From: Paecilomyces variotii
Lineage: Eukaryota
Assembly (NCBI GenBank): GCA_004022145.1
Contig: RCNU01000014.1
Length of the DNA: 64,000 nt
Direction: 5' to 3' (one strand)
In this document: in pieces, positions 11,012-23,778 of the stretch
Numbering within the stretch: the stretch's first letter is position 1
Layout of the letters: the number at the start of each line of letters is the position of its first letter
Made by a program: the position numbers and the translations under genes
The notes under the pieces: model-generated
What the model was told of the DNA's origin: nothing
What the model saw: the letters and a program-made list of their open reading frames with translations, nothing else
Database searches by the model: none

Positions 11012-12241
11012 ATGCGTCTCTCCGCCCTCATCCCGACTCTCCTCTCCCTACTACTCTCCATCACCACCCTTCCAGTGTCCGCAGAACACACCTCCAACTG
11101 GGCCGTGCTGGTCTCGACGTCTCGATTCTGGTTCAACTATCGCCATCTCGCAAATGTCCTCTCTCTCTACCGCACCGTCAAGCGTCTCGGCATCCCCGAT
11201 TCGCAAATCATCCTCATGCTTCCCGACGATATGGCCTGTAACCCGCGCAACGCATTCCCAGGGACAGTGTACAGTAACGCCGACCGCGCAGTCGATCTCT
11301 ACGGCGAGAACATCGAGGTGGATTATCGCGGATACGAAGTGACAGTTGAGAGTTTCATCCGTCTCCTCACGGATCGACTAGACGAGGACGTCCCGCGCAG
11401 TAAACGCCTCGGATCCGACGCGGGGAGTAACGTCCTCGTCTACATGACGGGCCACGGAGGCGATCGATTCCTGAAATTCCAGGACTCAGAGGAAATCGGC
11501 GCGTGGGATCTCGCCGACGCGTTTGGACAGATGTGGGAGAAGAAACGGTACCATGAGCTTCTCTTCATGATCGATACATGTCAGGCGAATACGATGTATA
11601 CGCATCTCTACTCGCCGAATATCATCGCTACGGGCTCCAGTGCGTTGGATCAGTCTTCGTATTCCCACCATGCCGATAACGACGTCGGTGTTGCGGTCAT
11701 TGATCGCTGGACGTATTACGTCCTCGAGTTCCTCGAGACGCAGGTCACGACGCCGAATTCGAAACTCACGCTAGGCGATCTCTTCGACTCGTACGACGAA
11801 TCGAAAATCCACTCACAACCGGGTGTGCGTTGGGATCTCTTCCCTGGCGGAGAACAGGAAGGTAGACTGCGCACGGTGGTTGATTTCTTCGGAAACGTGC
11901 AGAACGTCGAGGTCGAAGGGGCCAATTCGACGGGTCCGGGATCGCTGAAGGAGGATCTCGAGGAGATCGCCAAGTTGGTTGAGAAATGGCAACAGCGCGA
12001 TCGGGAGTATCTCGCCTCTCTTTCGCGCGCGGATAATAATAATAATACTACCACGATCAGCCATCCCTACGCTTCTGATGAAGAGAGAGATTCGACATCA
12101 TCATCCGAGCTGAAGAGACGAACGGCCGGCGCAACGAAGATGACCAATGAAGATACATGGGGGAAGCGTCTTGTCGGGTTTACTGTTCTAGGTGGCTTTG
12201 CTGCTCTGTGGGCGGCGGGGTCTTTCTTGGGTAAGGCTTAA
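11012..12241 (+). CDS. GPI8: GPI-anchor transamidase catalytic subunit (peptidase C13)
   Basis: Signal peptide, NWAVLVSTSRFWFNYRH, catalytic GHGG and DTCQA, C-terminal TM helix. Intronless ORF. Confidence 0.97.
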   Translation: MRLSALIPTLLSLLLSITTLPVSAEHTSNWAVLVSTSRFWFNYRHLANVLSLYRTVKRLGIPDSQIILMLPDDMACNPRNAFPGTVYSNADRAVDLYGENIEVDYRGYEVTVESFIRLLTDRLDEDVPRSKRLGSDAGSNVLVYMTGHGGDRFLKFQDSEEIGAWDLADAFGQMWEKKRYHELLFMIDTCQANTMYTHLYSPNIIATGSSALDQSSYSHHADNDVGVAVIDRWTYYVLEFLETQVTTPNSKLTLGDLFDSYDESKIHSQPGVRWDLFPGGEQEGRLRTVVDFFGNVQNVEVEGANSTGPGSLKEDLEEIAKLVEKWQQRDREYLASLSRADNNNNTTTISHPYASDEERDSTSSSELKRRTAGATKMTNEDTWGKRLVGFTVLGGFAALWAAGSFLGKA

Positions 12242-12331
12242 AGAAGCGCTGCTGTGGTTGCTGAGTTTGTTATTATCCTGCGAATTGTACTATAAGACTT
12301 TACAGTATGAATCTGCTCAGGATGCGGAGTG

Positions 12332-12360
12332 GCATAGCATAGCATAGCATAGCATAGCAT
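12332..12360. repeat. (GCATA)n microsatellite
   Basis: About six tandem GCATA units downstream of GPI8. Confidence 0.85.
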
Positions 12361-13267
12361 GGGACGGCGTCTTGGCGTTAATTGATGACATACCATAGAT
12401 ATCTCGATGGGAGAAACATTAGTTGTGTTTACTTACATGTTCGAGCTACTACTTACTATATCCGAACAAAGCTATCAATTAATACTTCTCGGGTATTGAC
12501 CTGGTATCTGCGTCTACTCTCATAAGATTACTTGTAAAGGAGCCATCTAGATTTTGAATAAGATCTACTAGTTAGTCAACCCGAACGCAGTCTGACGATG
12601 AATGGAATCAATGAATTTATATCCAACTCAATCCCTCACTAACTAGATCTGATCACAACACCTCTCAAACGCCTTTTGTACGCCATTCCTCGAAAAGTCG
12701 GGGGGGAATATGTCATGCAGATGTCAGTCAACGTCAAAAGAAGAAATGCTAACCATATCAAATCCAGGGGGTGTGGTGTGTGTGTGAGGCGTATAAAGAG
12801 GAGAAACAAACAATGAATGGCCCATTGTAGCGCTCGACAATGATCAATGCAACGCCTTTTTGCTTTGCGGAATCCGTCAAACAGAAAAACGCTGGGCAAT
12901 GTTGAGTGTTGGACTGTGAATGAACCGAGGTTGAAATGCCATATAAAGACGAATAATGCATCAACAGGAGAAGCGAGGAGTCTTTCTTGGAGACCCCTCT
13001 GTTTCTTATACCATGCGCCTAGAAGGGTACATCCGACCTTCTTCCCCCCCCCCCGTACCCTATCCTAACCGTCTTCCAAACCGTCCAGCCGTCCGTCCGT
13101 CCGTCCGCAAACCTATCCTTCAATGCTAAAACCTGGGGCAGGTCATAAAGGCAGAGCCGTCATGAAAAATGAAAAACACGCAAGAAAAAGGGGCGCCAGT
13201 CATGGGGTCATTAGGGAAAATAGAACAAAGTGAAAGTATACGCTGTCGAGAGAGATATGGGCCTGGA

Positions 13268-15869
13268 TCAGCCGACAACGCTGCGGAAGCTCAAGGCTTC
13301 CAAAAAGCCACCGAGGTCTTCCTTCTGCACCTCCACGACGCAGTGTTCAAAGCTATCGATCCGTACGCGCGCATTTGTCTCTTGGACAACCTCCTGGAAG
13401 GCGATACCGAAGCGGTTCCGAACGAGGTGTTTGTTCGCACTCGTGTCCAATTCCCCGTCGGAGTCTGAATCATCAGACGATGATGAATCCTCTTCTTCCG
13501 TTTCCTCGAGCTCATCGTCTTCATCTTCTCCCCTCCCAGCCCGCTCAGCTGCCCGCTTTGCGCGACGTTCCTCCTTCTCTTTGTTCTTCTTGTCTTTGGC
13601 TTCCTTCTTCTTGCGCCGATCTTCTTGCCGTTTAGCCATGGCAGCAAAATCTATCACGCCTCCGCCTCCACCAGTACCGACCACGACATAGACGCCTCTA
13701 TCCTCATCCAGACTTGCCAGGACCAAAGGAGTCCCCACTGCCCGCTTCTTCCCAATCTTGAAGCTGTCGCCCTTTTCTTTCTCCTGAACTTGGATCGCCT
13801 CTCCCACCCACAAAGCCAACTTGGTCAGTGCACCGGGGTTGGTGAACAGCTTCACGTCTGGACCATCCTTGACCACCGCAATACGGAAGGCACGCAGATG
13901 GCGGATAAGATGTTTTGACAGCAATGTCGTTCCTGTGCGGAGAATTGCGCGGTGCAGGTGCTGAGCCAGCTGAAGTGCCTCTAGCAGAAGAGTAGGTGAG
14001 TCTGAAGTGAGAGACAACGCATCATAAGCGGTCCAGAACCGAGGAAGTAGGTTAGACGGATCGGAGTTCTGAGCAGAGATATCATCCCTGTGGCGAGCAA
14101 GCTGTCCCGGCTGCCATGTCGCAGAAGGCTCGTGTGGTCCAACCTCGAGGATTGCACCGATGATAACACCAACATCCGTGGCGGATAGACAAGCTTTCCA
14201 CCCCCAGCTACGGACAAAACCCCAACCCTCTCGAGACCCGACGTGTCCAGATGCCACTGGGGGCACTAGGCCGTCGAGTCCATACATAGGTGCATACTTC
14301 AGCAACCTCTGCCGCAATACACGCTTTAGTTCCATGTCCATATGCGTGTAGTTCTGATGACACTGGCTCAGACTGACGCCCATCTTGGCCAACAGCTTGT
14401 GGAGTCGTTTCCGTCCATGTTCACTCCAGACATGAAGTCGCGCAGCGAGGTAAGGACTATGGAGCATGCTGTCGTAAAGGGACCAATGCCGTATGAGAAG
14501 GAACCGTGGCTCTGGGGAGAGACGAATGGAGGTGTCAGTTGGAGACCGGGCTGCGGTTGGGATAACGCCATTGATCTCTCCTCTTATATCACGATCCCGC
14601 TCAGAAGGATCAGGCGGGTTTAATCGATGAACTTCGTCTCGAAGGATCTGTCGGATGCGTTCACCTCGTTCTCCGCCCCAGCCTGCTGACCCTCCAGATT
14701 CTGACGCGCTGGAGATGCCAACTCCAGACATGGTACGGCCAGACAGTTCCAGACTCGACACACCCACAATGGCTAGCCATAGTAGGTCGTTGTCTTCTCG
14801 ACCCAGCTCCGATGCCAGAGAGTATAGTAGAGACGAGATCGGTTCCGAGTAGGATGTCCCCATAGAGTAGTATGAATGCAAAACATTCTCGTACTTTCTC
14901 CGCATACGGAGCAGCTTCCGTCTCAAAGCTCGTGCGGAGGATTGTCTCCGTACTACTGGTGATGGTGAATCAGAAGCTGGAGAAGGAGAACGGGACGAAT
15001 TGGACGAGTCGTGCCCAATCCGTGGACGCGCACTCGGAGATGAAGGGACAGGAGAACTCTGGACGAATTGTTAATTGAGTTTCGACACAAACTAGAGAAC
15101 GATAACGTACCGAATTGCTCCGTCTTCGTTGTCGCGGGGGCTCATCGTAATCTGATTCCTCGTCCTCTTCGCGTCCGGACCACGACTTTCGCTTCTTGCC
15201 CGATCCCGAATTATCGACCGTATCATTGTCACTGTCGGAGTCTGCGGCGTCATCTTCATCCTCGTCCACCTCTGGCATTTCCTCCAACGCGCAATATGCT
15301 TCGCGCTCCGCTCTGAGGTCCTCCTCGATGTCCCCGTCATCAAACACGATAATACCACCGCTCCCCGTCCTGTACGCCTGAGTAATGCAGCCTTTCTCGA
15401 CGCCTGGGACCTTTGGTCGCGTAATCGGGTCTCCATCTTGTAGTGCTTGCTGAGTCCATGCTTGTCCACCAAAAACATTGCCCAGATTCCACGGTCGTCT
15501 CGCGTCTATCACCCAGACCTCTACCCCGCCCATGTCCTCGACTTCTCCTTCGACCGTGAGACATAGAATGTCACTGAGATCTACCAGACCGCCCACACCC
15601 ATACAGACGACTACTCCGCCGCTGCCCCCCTCGGTGGTCCGCATTGGCCGGACCAACTCTTCCCCAGCACGCGCCAAGTCGCCATATCCCGCGACGGGTT
15701 GGATCTTATGTGGAATATAATCGCGTTTCAGCAGAGCCGTCAGAATTCGACAAGCACACAGGGCATCGGGTTCGAGCGCGACGAGAATCAACACGGGCGG
15801 AGAGAGCGGGTGGTGTGTTCGGAGGAGTTGGAGGTAGAGATGAGAGATGAGGTTACGCGGTAGATACAT
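13268..15869 (-). CDS. CDC45: DNA replication initiation factor Cdc45
   Basis: LEPDALCACRIL, HKIQPVAGY, IDARRPWNL, LIRHWSLYDSM, NRFGIAF. One intron 15110-15059 (GTACGT…CAG) joins the two ORFs. Confidence 0.95.
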
Positions 15870-15934
15870 GGCATGGAGTCAGATGTATAGATAAGAAAAA
15901 AGGGACGAAAGGAGAAAAGGAATCTGGCAGAAAC

Positions 15935-16086
15935 ACGCGTCAAACAAAAGCCCGGACAGGCTTCAGTCAAGAAACAGAAACCCGGATATCAATAACAGCA
16001 GGGCAATGGTTCTCATGGTCCTTCATCTGGCGAACAAGCAAAAGGCGCGAGATGCCCTGTTCGCTTCCCGTTTCTGTCCGACGCGT
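15935..16086. promoter_or_regulatory. MCB (MluI cell-cycle box) elements upstream of CDC45
   Basis: ACGCGT at 15935-15940 and 16081-16086. CDC45 is an established MBF/G1-S target. Confidence 0.6.
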
Positions 16087-16602
16087 CGAGAATGGCCGCT
16101 ACGCCGCTTACGGTTAGTTAGTATCTCCAGGACAGTACAGTATTCAACTTATGTACAGTACAATATGTACAGTTATCAAGCCTCAAAAAGGATTCGATCA
16201 AGGATTTCTAAATATTAGGTTGATCGCTGGTTTTACATTATGATGGACTTTTGTGTCGTGTCGCTGGCATACTTACTTACTTGGCCACCACCAGTGACGC
16301 CGCGCAATCTAGGGGAAGGCTTCAGAGACCTGTATCATTAAAACTGCAAAGCATTGAGATAATAATATTAGCACACTTGACTATATACCTCAAAAAGCTT
16401 GCAATTCCATCCATCTATCCCATCACCACGGTTGTGAACGTCGGGGGTACCTAATAGTAATCCATCTTCCCCGCAATCTAGTAACCTCGGCGTTTAAGTA
16501 CCGCGATGCTCTACTTAAGTACCTAAGTTACCATATGATATCAACTTGGATACCTCCAAACATTACCATATAACCAACTCCCTCAATTCAAACCATACCA
16601 CA

Positions 16603-17580
16603 ATGCCAGGCCTATCACTCCACCTCCTCTCTCTCAACGCAAACACAAATGCAAAGTCCTTCATCAACACTCTCCGGAACTCCCCCGGAATCCGCATAAT
16701 CGTGGCATCTCGTCCACGACACTTCGTAATCCGCCCAACCACAATAGACAGCACACCACTCACGACGCAGAAATGGGATCTACTCATCCTACTAGATTCT
16801 CCCAGCAAACGCATCCCAGAACATCTACAACCCGCCATCCGCGACGAGTACCGCGTCTTCGTTGGCGTCCCGTCCAAATTACTAGCGACCTATCCTGAAC
16901 GAGACGCGAAGTTGAAACGTGATGCTTCCTCGATCCCATTAACGGGGTCTCTGGATAAGGCGCAGGGAAAAGAGACGTCGCAGAATCTAGAACTTTCTCC
17001 TGACCTGTTGGATTTCATGGATCGTTTATCCAGGGACTATGATGGGCCGGTGACAATGCTTAATCTGTTGCATTTCGTCCCGGGTGGGAAGAAAAGTTAT
17101 TTCAAATATGGTCAGGTATAGTCCCTGATCCAGGCAAATAGCAAATATTACTGTCCAAATCTGTTCATTAAGAAGGAAGACAATGCTTATGTGTATATTA
17201 ATAATAGGCATTCATCCCCGTCGCTGGCAAACGCGGCGGAGACGCCAAGATCGTAGGAAACGTGGTCAAGCCCCCTGCTGGCGTCAGTGATTCGAGAGGA
17301 TATTCCAATCGTCCTGAAGAAGAGTGGTGGAATGAAGTCTCCATCGTGCATTATCCGTCCATTAGACACTTCTGTGATATGTTGGCGGGAGATGATTATC
17401 AGGCGATTAATGAGAAGTATAGGTTGGCGGTATGTATATTTTATTAACATGGGGGAATGATGGGTATTAGGAAAAACTAGTGGCTGATTATATTATACTT
17501 GGATCTAGGCACTGCGAGATACGTTGCTTCTATGTACGACGGAGCTTGATGTGGAGGAATCCAGAGCGGCCAAGTTGTAG
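16603..17580 (+). CDS. Conserved fungal DUF1330-like protein with PTS1
   Basis: Three exons (about 16603-17115, 17208-17429, 17509-17580). PVTMLNLL…Y…YG, WNEVSIVHYPS…F.DML…DYQ resembles the DUF1330 fold. Ends SRAAKL*. Confidence 0.7.
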
Positions 17581-18154
17581 TGGAAGAGTGGAGATTTCTA
17601 TCTACTATCAAGAACTGAACATGCCACCATCATTCTTCATGATGAGACTCTTCGTCTCATCTCGTCATCGGGTCATTAGTTTTTATATCAAAGTGAAGTT
17701 AGCACATGAAATATATCCTATCGTGGAGCTACTTGACAGCCTATGCTCTTGGTTGTAACATACTCTCTTCTTTTCATAGGGTTGGACGCCAATTCTATCA
17801 AACAAATAGCTTTTATTTATGTAGTCAGCGACTTTCATAGTAGATTGACTTCCTGCTCATTGATTAACGCAAATGGTAATATTATATCACGCGAGCTAAT
17901 TTGAAAACAGACGGGTGTTTAGTTGAAAACTACAAACTAAGTACATTTGCTGCATCTATGCATCAGATTTCTCCAGGAATGATTTCAACTGCAGTTGTCT
18001 ATTAAACACTAGTTAATACGACGAGAATATATACTGAACCGTTTAGCCATCCTAGCACTGCTGTATCCTATCGATAGCAGGGCCCGATGGAACGAACATG
18101 GGATGGCCTAGGTAATGATTCGCATTAAGAAAAATCATTAAGAATAAAGTTACT

Positions 18155-19864
18155 TTACGCCACAGCAGCAACCTTGATTGGATGCGCCTCGGTATTGAAG
18201 ACCCATTCATTTTTGCCGTCGGCGTTGACTTGCCATTCGTCCTCTAATCATACGAGTCAGTTAAAGAATCTATGCTGAATGGTTTGAAGTGCATCTTACC
18301 GCCAGCCTGAATCAAGTAAGAGTATTTCATGACCTCAGCAAACAGGAAACTTTCCTGGTTGTCGTCCTTTGAGCCGCCCCCAACGGCATTGACATTTGTA
18401 ATGCCTGAGAAACCGGAATTGGCGCGGCATGTCGCGTTGATGTGGACAAATGCATCCCACGCCCAGTCACGGTACTACTCGCCTCAGTTCATGTAGAGAA
18501 CATATGGTGAGAAGGTCAACTTACTTTGTGATCGCCTGTAATGCGATAAGCGTAGTAGTAGCTTTCAATAACTTCAGGTCTGAGAATGTAGGCCCCGCTC
18601 TCAATGTAGAAGCCTGCCCTTTCATAGAACTGTTGCTGGTCCGCGGGGACAGAGTTCGCATCCCAGCCAAACTGCTCGGGGCCAATCCTTGTAGCTGTCT
18701 CGATATATGTATCGTGACATCCATTAACAAGTTCCAGGCCAAAATCAATGAAGTCTGGGATTCCCAGGACGTCACCTCCCAGCAGGAAGTTGCCGCCATC
18801 GAAACACGTGAGATGTTGAGAGTTCAGACCCAAGGTGCCGTTGCTGTAGGTCGCTACGAATGTGAGATCTGGACGGGAAGAGGGCGACGATTTCAGATGC
18901 TGCATGGTGGACTGAGCCGCAGCAACCCATCGGTCCTTGTATGTCGAGAACCTGTTTGGATCATAGACGTACATTTTGATCAGATACTCGTAGAACGAGT
19001 CATCGCCGCCGCCCCAGCTGACATCGCCGTCAGCGAAGAGCCCCGTGTCGATGTTGACGTTGCTACCGACCAACCCGGGGAAGGGCTCTGCTGATGGAGG
19101 CTCTGGATTCAGGAGGTATGATTCTCCTTTCTGGCTGAGCTCCGCATATTGGTGGTCGCCAGTCAAGTCCGAGAGATGTGTCCACTCCAGCACGAGACTG
19201 CCGATGGTCGCAAGACCATTAGTGGTCTCGCCATCGTTTCCCTTGGAAGTAATGTTGATATTATTATAGGGAATTCCGGTAGGGCTGTCGAACGCAAACT
19301 TCAAGACATCCGCCAGGTTTTTCGATTGGGTCAGAAGAGCCTCTACAGCATCAGGATTGGTCGCCAGATCGGATAGCGGTCCCTTGAGAAGGTCATATCC
19401 AGACAGCATGCCAGCCAGGTATCTAATCGTGGTTTCGAAGAGGCTAACCTCTTGCGACGTCGTCGAGTAGTCAATGGTCGGCACATAGTTCAGAATATCG
19501 TCAACTACATCGGGAAGACGCATCACCAGCGCCGTGGAGAGTGCATCAATTGCAGATGCGCCCCACCCGTTTCTGAACTTGGTTACATTCTGTTTCAATG
19601 GTCTGGTCTGGCTTCTGATGGGACATACCTCGAGTCGCCATAGCCGTTCGTCACCGGATGAAGTTCGTCATGAGGGAAGGCATATCTATAATATCCGTTC
19701 CATGCGAACTGAAAGGCCTCCCTTACTGCTTCAGCCCTCTGGCTAGCTTGAGCATCTTGGCGACGTTGAACCTGTCCCTCCTGCTGCGCATAATAAGGGT
19801 GCGCAACAGCTGTGCCCAACAGGGACAAGCCCGTCAGAGAAAACGACAGACTGGAAATACGCAT
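18155..19864 (-). CDS. Secreted class I alpha-1,2-mannosidase (GH47, MsdS-like)
   Basis: Signal peptide, [46 protein letters not shown]. Four exons. Confidence 0.93.
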
Positions 19865-21537
19865 CCTGAACGAATGACCGGGCACCGGAAGTAACAATGC
19901 GCCGCCTGAAAGAGAGGAAGGTGATCCCGAGAGGGATCAGCCGGCTATATAAATGGGACGCGACGCGATCTAGCAGAGGAATGATGGAGTAATGCTAGAA
20001 CGCGTGACGACCGAGCCCATACTTAGTATCACACCGCATACTGCGGAAGATTGCAAGTTTGCAACCCTGCGCCTTCCTATCAATGGGCAGGAAGTTTAGT
20101 GCCACTTGGAATATTGTGCGGGGACATCGTAGTAGTACTGCGTAGTGTCTCTCGACTTCTCTCTCCATCTCTGGCCGAAAACTTAGTGCTTGTAGTGGCT
20201 GAATGTCCATTCTAGAACTGGAACAGCGTGGAAGTGATGGGTCCATGGGGTTGCAATCCCGCGAGGGGCTCAGGAACAGACTTAACTGAGAGTCTGAGAT
20301 CCCCAAGTCTGGGGAAGGACGATGCGCGGCACCTAGGCGACCATCCAAGTAAATCGCCGCTCAAAAAGCTTGACATTATTTTGTGTTTCATTCTGTTGGC
20401 TTCAGCTTCTGACGGAGATCTCCATGCGAACAAACACTGCCAGTTGAAGTCCTTACTGCTCCTTATCCTGGCAAGGATAGCCAGGGGCCGACAGAAGAAT
20501 GCATTGTTGTCCAGGGCATTCCCGGCAGCCCATGCCAGCCTTAGTTTTGTCTATTAAAGTGTAAGCTGGCTTAGTTTCCCCTAGCAAGGACAAGGTGCTG
20601 GAGAACTCCACGAATGGACGCAAAAGGTGTCGCGCTAAGTTCTGGAGTGATCTGCAAGGTTCCGCTCGCAACAATCAGAGCTCTCGCACGGTCTTTGATT
20701 TGGAATCCCTCGATGAAGCACTAACAAGTCGATCGCGTGGGTAAGACCAAGATATAGCTGGCTTGGAAGCCAAGTTTGGAGGTCACGCAGACAAACACCG
20801 TGGACTACTCCGTATATTCCGTCCATGGCGATGCGATGTGATGTGTTGTTGCCTTTGCGAGTTCTTCAGAGAGACACGAACGGTGCGGGGAGCATTTCAC
20901 ACCCTATCGAGCACGGTGCTCTGTGCAGTCCTTGTGACTTCATTCTCTGCATACCCACTTAACTGTCGTGCGACTTTTTAGAAGGCTTATTGCAGGGCTC
21001 TGGACCTCCTGATGCCTGTCATAGGATTTATCGAGGCAGATGAGCAGGTCGAAAATTCCTCGTGATACTGAGACACAAATCTTGCGCGATAAATGCTCCC
21101 AGGCTCGTGCAATTAGTTAGGCCATCCGCGCAACTGAATGTATTCCAACGCGCGACACAAAGTCTTCAGTTTGGATCATATTTCATAAACTGAACGAACT
21201 GATTAATATTGTCCAGGCAGTCGCGTCCCAAATGATATCCCCGTACTTTAAATCGAATGATATTCAGACGTCACGCCTATCTTCCGACCACAAGAGATTC
21301 AATTTCGAATCTGTTACGGGTGTAACAAGGCCAGCTCTATTAACGATATATAGCATGCGACTGAGAGAGGTACGTCACGTCATTTATGCGTGTTTTCCAA
21401 GCAGACAAAAGAAAAATAACCCTACGGATCCTGGAGTGAATACAGCTGCGATAGTAGAAGCGTAGAATGCAAGACTGTCCATTCTGAGAATATGTGGAAA
21501 GCCAGCACATGCTGATGGCACTATGGGGTTGGCGCTT

Positions 21538-23778
21538 TCAATTAATAAAGGTCATTGGGAACACGCCGTCCGCTAAATTAGAATCAAGTGACCAAGGCCA
21601 GTCTTCCAGTAGCTCCGGTGGTAATTGAAACTGGGATAGTTGGTCGTCAAACCCAGTTGGGGCTGCAGCTGTTGACTCAATGTTGTTTTGGTGATTTACT
21701 GACAAGTCAAAACGGCCTTGGATGTCGTCCACCTCAGAGATAGGTATTTGCTGTAGACCAGGAAGGAAGTTGGAACATCCCTGGGTGCGCATGTACTCGT
21801 CAATTCGACCTACCTGCGCCTTCAGACGTTCGCTGGTACCGGTAGAGCGGCGTAGCCCTGATTCCAACCGATGGAGAAGCTCGGCCATCTCCAATCTAAT
21901 CGACAGTCAACCTCTCTGTTTGAATGCATGCTCGTAGTTGACCTGCATAACGTGACTTACAGAAGCGCGCGGACCCGTTGATAGGATGACCCTGACAGCC
22001 TTCCTTCCATAACCGATCCGAGCATATAGCCAATGCCGCCCAAGTGATGTAGCTTCATTAATCAGCCGTCAGATCCTAAGAAAGCCGAAGGGACAAAGAA
22101 GTTCCAGGACATCTAGCATACCAACGGGGAACTGATGGCTTTCAGATATTCAACCGGCACTTTGGAAAACACGCTTAGCACTTGACCTGCGACGTCACAT
22201 TTTTCATCCACGCCTTGTTCTTCGTTTGAGGAAATGACCATGCGCAGAAGCTGAAGTGTAGCCTGTATGTTGGCCGACTGGAAGCCGACAATATCGTAAG
22301 TTGGATCGCCAGTAACTGGCCGGATTTCTCGAAACTGAGAAGGCAGTTCAGAGTACATTGCTAGCACCTGCTTCATTACCGATGATCCCGCCTTCTGAGT
22401 TGGGAAGAATAAAGACCAGAAATCCGCCGTCCCGTTGTTTGGGGGCGAGCGTCGTCGCTGGCAATCAACAGCATGTTCGAGAATTCTATAGAGGTCGGTG
22501 GTGAAGTTCCAACCCAGCATCCAATTAGCCAGCTTCTCATTTCCACCATGAACATCACCATGGCTCACAGCCGTTGGCGAAATAGCGTGACTATTGTCGG
22601 AGAAAGAGTCGTCGTCCAGCTCACCAGGGTAACGTACATTCGACTGGGCTTCTCGGTAGCGTATAACTCCACCCCACACAATGGATGAATATACATCTAA
22701 AGTATACATGGACCAGAACTAAAGCAATCGTTAGACATTTCGATAGATACTGTGAAAGCCGATAACGAATAGAATATGAGATCAACGTACCATTCTCCGC
22801 CGAACCTCAACAATCTTATGGTTTAAGTCTCTGGGCCATAGCCTCTCATCGTACAGCCCTTCCATTCCACTTAAAGTATGGTAGATTCCAGAATACTGTT
22901 GCATGGAGTGAATCTGACCATTCTGGATGCTGGCAATACTAAGAATGGCGCATGCTCTCATGTATTCCGTTCCTTTAGCGGCTGCCAGATCTCGAGGAAT
23001 AGATTCCTTTGCCGCTGCCAAAAAGACTTCGGAAGGAGGATTTGCCAGCTGGGAGAGGTTCCAGCGGTTCGAATATAAGGCTCCATCGCGAGCCCGCGCA
23101 GACGCCAGAGCACACATGGCCATTGTAGAAGCGAATAACCCCTGGTCCTGAAGGTGCTCGCTGTTCTCGAGTTGCTTCAGGAACGAGGATCGATGAAATA
23201 AAGGAAATCTATGAGTGAGAAGGGCGTTTCAATCAGTTTCGAGTTTCCCTAGCATTTGTTTGGGAGACAAATACATGGGATATACGATCTCGAAATAGAC
23301 CTGGGCGAGATCCATAATGGTGCTCTGACAAGCAATAGCAAATGCTTTCCAAGAATTCGGTAGAATGCCATCATTACCACTTGTGACGGCTACAGTACAT
23401 GCGGGATTCAACATATCCCATGACGGGTCAGCTAAATGAGATCGAAAGAGAGAGTCTTGACGAGCTGGACGAGAGGAAGATGATCCAGCGCCATCACCCG
23501 AGGCGGCGGGTAGTATGGGCTGGCTACCCGCAGGACTGGCATCTTTTCGGGCGCCTCGTCGCTTGGTAGGACGATCATATGTGCATCGTACACCGAAGTC
23601 CTCGCAGTTCTGACAGGGAGCGAGAGGGCCGTTGTTCTTATTGCATTTGATGCTACGTCGATTGCAGAAGTCACCTGTAGAATTGTTAGGGCAACTGCAG
23701 TGTCGATCTCTCCAGGAAGTAAGTATGTAACGAACAGGCTTTCGAAGCACGCTGAAGTTTTCGCGAACGCTGCGACAT
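21538..23778 (-). CDS. Zn(II)2Cys6 transcription factor with fungal-specific TF domain
   Basis: Spliced N-terminus MSQRSRKLQRASKAC|DFCNRRSIKC…PCQNCEDFGVRC supplies all six Cys. Middle homology region (YFEIVYP, EVRRRM…WSMYTLDVYSS) and an acidic C-terminal tail. Several introns. Confidence 0.9.

Noticed and set aside
18155-19864. GH47 mannosidase as a member of the levoglucosan module
   Set aside because: It acts on N-glycans and has no evident biochemical link to anhydro-sugars. It is separated from the TF by about 1.7 kb.
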